Assembly (NCBI GenBank): GCA_030390025.1
Contig: CM059432.1
Location: 23,128,001-23,192,000, forward strand
Direction of reading: 5' to 3'
Length of the DNA: 64,000 nucleotides
DNA from: Squalus acanthias
Taxonomy: Eukaryota
Part shown: in pieces, positions 63,072 through 64,000 of the stretch
Position numbering within the stretch: position 1 is the first letter of the stretch
Layout: each line of letters starts with the position of its first letter
Program-made: the position numbers and the translations under genes
Notes under the pieces: generated by a model
The model's database searches: none
The model's input: the letters and a program-made list of their open reading frames with translations, nothing else
What the model was told of the DNA's origin: nothing

Positions 63072-63990
63072 TCAGGACGCCCTCAACCAGCTCTGGGCCT
63101 GGAAGGCCCGGCTGTAGACTGCATGGGCGGCAGCAGTCTGGGATGGCTGGATGACAGGCAGTGACAAGGGCAATGGCAGAGTGGCAGTGGTGGGAGCAGT
63201 AATGCTATCATCCTGAGAAAAAACAGCAGGTTCCTGCTCCACTGACCCACTGCCAAACCCCCGGGGCAGCACCTCAGCATCCCTAGCAATCTGTTGGAAC
63301 ACAGATTGCTGGCCTGTTGTGACACCGTGAAAGCCCCGGTCGACGGTGGTAGACCCAGCCACAATGGCAGCAGTCAGAGCTTGCGTGGCATCAAGCTGAG
63401 ACTGCATGAGAGCAGTCTGAGATTGGATGCCACCAAGCATAGACTGCATTACAGCACTAAGATGTTGCATCACTTCCGCCTGTGCTGCAATGGAAGCTGC
63501 CAGATCGCCCATCACACATGGCATCAGGTCTGTGTCGCCACTGTCTCTCTGGGCGTCTACCATCCTTTGCAAACTGGAAATGATAGGCTCCATGGTGTGC
63601 GCAGAACCTTGTGCAATGTTGGAGGTGGACTCCTCCACGCTCCTTATCATTGCCGAGAGGCTCTCAGGCACCCTTGCCATTGCACCTATCATCTCTGTGT
63701 GCACACCCATCACCCTCCTTCTAAACGTCTCCCCATTGAGGTCCTCATCTGAGTCCTGTGCAGCAGAACTCACGCATGAACTCACCCTCTGGGGAGTTGG
63801 CCCCCGAGCTACCCTTTCCCCCTGGCCTTGCTGCAGCCCACTCGTCCCCGGTGCCTCACCCTGTGCAGATCCCGCTATTATACTAGTCTCTAAAGAACGC
63901 ATAGTGCCAGCATCTGAGCTGATGCCTGCGGGTGAGACATGCAGTGACACGGTGTGTTCTTCCTCCTCCTCTTCTCCCATCTCACTCTGA
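63072..63990 (-). pseudogene. Probable 3' exon of the second (Myb/SANT-type accessory) gene of the same Harbinger element; element runs off the window
   Basis: 302-aa low-complexity/coiled-coil-like ORF convergent on the transposase, the usual two-gene Harbinger layout; acceptor-like ctgttcag near 63990. Confidence 0.6.
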
Positions 63991-64000
63991 ACAGTACCCT

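Noticed and set aside
1..64000. CRISPR arrays, rRNA, true tRNA genes or prokaryotic systems
   Set aside because: No regularly spaced repeats, rRNA motifs or complete cloverleafs seen; tRNA-like boxes belong to SINE heads; the sequence is eukaryotic intron.

Overview
Vertebrate genomic DNA, most likely a shark or other cartilaginous fish (inferred from the CR1/L2/RTE LINEs, SacSINE1/DeuSINE-like SINEs, Penelope elements and Harbinger transposons). The window lies inside one large + strand collagen gene. Ten small phase-0 exons (54, 45, 54, 54, 36, 30, 54, 54, 54, 54 nt; 15784-60380) splice into 163 aa of Gly-X-Y with one short interruption. From memory, this lines up exon by exon with collagen alpha-1(XXII) (COL22A1), but it is quite divergent. 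The supplied ORF track misses these exons. Everything else is intron filled with transposable elements. Most notable: (1) minimal hammerhead ribozymes in Penelope-like elements, including a ~1 kb palindromic insertion with a ribozyme on each arm; (2) an inverted pair of ~700 bp MITEs around the 30-nt exon that encodes the helix interruption; (3) a young CR1 whose target-site duplication lies inside a splice donor; (4) a nearly intact CR1 ORF2 truncated at both ends inside a SINE tail; (5) a Gly-to-Ala change in the triple helix. Exon, TSD and ribozyme coordinates were read base by base; most repeat boundaries are approximate.
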